NCBI GenBank assembly: GCA_039815185.1
Contig: JBCBZT010000003.1
Location: 186,010-250,009 of the forward strand
Source: Cyanobacteria bacterium P01_A01_bin.123
Lineage (GTDB): Bacteria; Cyanobacteriota; Cyanobacteriia; Phormidesmidales; Phormidesmidaceae
DNA length: 64,000 nucleotides
Direction of reading: 5' to 3'
Shown: positions 63,901 through 64,000 of the stretch, in pieces
How positions within the stretch are numbered: the first letter of the stretch is position 1
Layout: the number at the start of each line of letters is the position of its first letter
The notes under the pieces: model-generated
The model's database searches: none
What the model saw: the letters and a program-made list of their open reading frames with translations, nothing else
Told to the model about the DNA's origin: nothing
Position numbers and translations under genes: made by a program

Positions 63901-64000
63901 CATTTGTGGCATCATTGGGGCCATCATTGGTCACTGTTAAAGTGAAGACCACATTCGTATTCACATCTGGATTTAAATTATCCACGGTTTTCGTAAGTGA
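60989..64000 (-). CDS. Bacteroidetes-type DUF11-repeat protein with T9SS type B (gliding-motility-associated) C-terminal domain; 5'-partial, with an aberrant last 12 aa
   Basis: Seven visible DUF11 repeats (D(L/I)SxxKxVD..P.VGD.V.FTxTVxN.GP..AT...D.LPSG); C-terminal VYNEFSPNGDGVNETF...VFNRWGNIVF...YNNDWDG...LPVGTYYYVL; frame open to the window edge. Confidence 0.9.
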   Translation of the reverse strand, partial: SLTKTVDNLNPDVNTNVVFTLTVTNDGPNDATNVQVTDILPSGFTYDSDDGAGTYNNGTGLWNVGTVTSGTSTTLNITASVNTTGIYTNVAEVTDQDQVDSDSTPNNGVLSEDDQDEVVLNPIQLVDISVTKTADDFTPNVGDPIVFTVTVTNDGPSDATNIVVTDFLASGYAFVSAVPTNGVYEPLNGSWTLGNLANGITETLVITANVLATGDYTNIAELTDVAEQDIDSEPANNDDTEDDQQTIEPVPVLVSDLILRKSVDVLSPFVGDEVIFNISISNTGPSDVTGVQVLDLLPSGYTYASNNRTAGVYNPTTGIWQLNGVIPNGTTETLNIVATVNPAGDYFNVTEVLSSSNFDPNSTPNNNVITENDQDSAGTTPLPSADLSLEKSVDNKFPDVLDNVTFTLTVTNDGLSDATGVVVSDVLPSGYTYIADDSGGTYSSATGLWNIGTILGGANAVLNLTVQVNSTGDYSNVAEVIASIERDPDSTPGNNILSEDDQDEQSVTPRVLADISISKTASDLTPSVGDQVVFTITVNNAGPNEAANLVVEDVLASGFLFVSANASTGNYNDATGAWSLSSLASGATETLQITVEVLPSGIYSNTAELVASDTFDPDSSPNNNLDAEDDQDTIILVPNGLADLSLTKIVDNQTPNVGDIVEFSLNLRNEGPNDATGVEVIDLLPTGYTYQSHVATAGAYNEQTGLWALNGSVFSGSTETLNILATVNAPTGTMDEYLNVAEISRSDFADPDSSPLSSLSQDDLSDGLADDDEATAQVIPQTTDISIAKTVDNESPQIGDDVVFTITVSNQGSQDATNIGIEELLPSGYRLTSSQTDSGSYDEASGFLDIESLSGLSSTSLIITAEVLDINDYVNTASLAFVDQLDTNDSNNTAQAAVEPSCLTVYNEFSPNGDGVNETFTIDCISRYPNNVLKVFNRWGNIVFEQRSYNNDWDGTSNGRATVQKGQQLPVGTYYYVLDLGDGSEPRTDWLDTLCNPEALDEE

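Noticed and set aside
60989..64000. Terminal DUF11 protein as cargo of the 15-28 kb operon
   Set aside because: It carries a T9SS type B CTD and foreign composition, and lacks the passenger-type terminal domain; the shared DUF11 fold is probably coincidental

Overview
About 61 kb of a cyanobacterial chromosome (frequent HIP1 GCGATCGC octamers, ndhL-DUF3007-trpA synteny, intron-containing tRNA-Leu(UAA), HetZ-related gene; probably a filamentous Leptolyngbya-like organism). It is followed by about 3 kb of AT-richer, Bacteroidetes-type DNA. Most genes are housekeeping (ispH, nadA, trpC, galE, cobH, trpA, larC, hppD, pyrD, lpdA, murA, alaS, three tRNA-Leu genes). The main candidate for an undescribed system is a 12.4 kb minus-strand five-gene operon (15461-27869). 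It encodes a DUF11/SdrD-B protein, a ~1250 aa outer-membrane beta-barrel, a beta-helix+OmpA protein and two tandem paralogous beta-helix surface proteins. Those two end in an apparently incomplete DUF11 domain, and the missing strands look present at the N-terminus of the first gene product, suggesting strand-complemented, isopeptide-linked surface display (inference). Other notable points: a sharp junction at ~61027 into a T9SS type-B-CTD DUF11-repeat gene (HGT or chimeric assembly), about 10 copies of a ~70 bp MITE-like repeat, a tRNA that encodes the C-terminus and stop codon of an M48 peptidase, an expanded group I intron, and an unannotated cysteine-desulfurase-like gene remnant. All calls are by-eye motif recognition; no searches were run.
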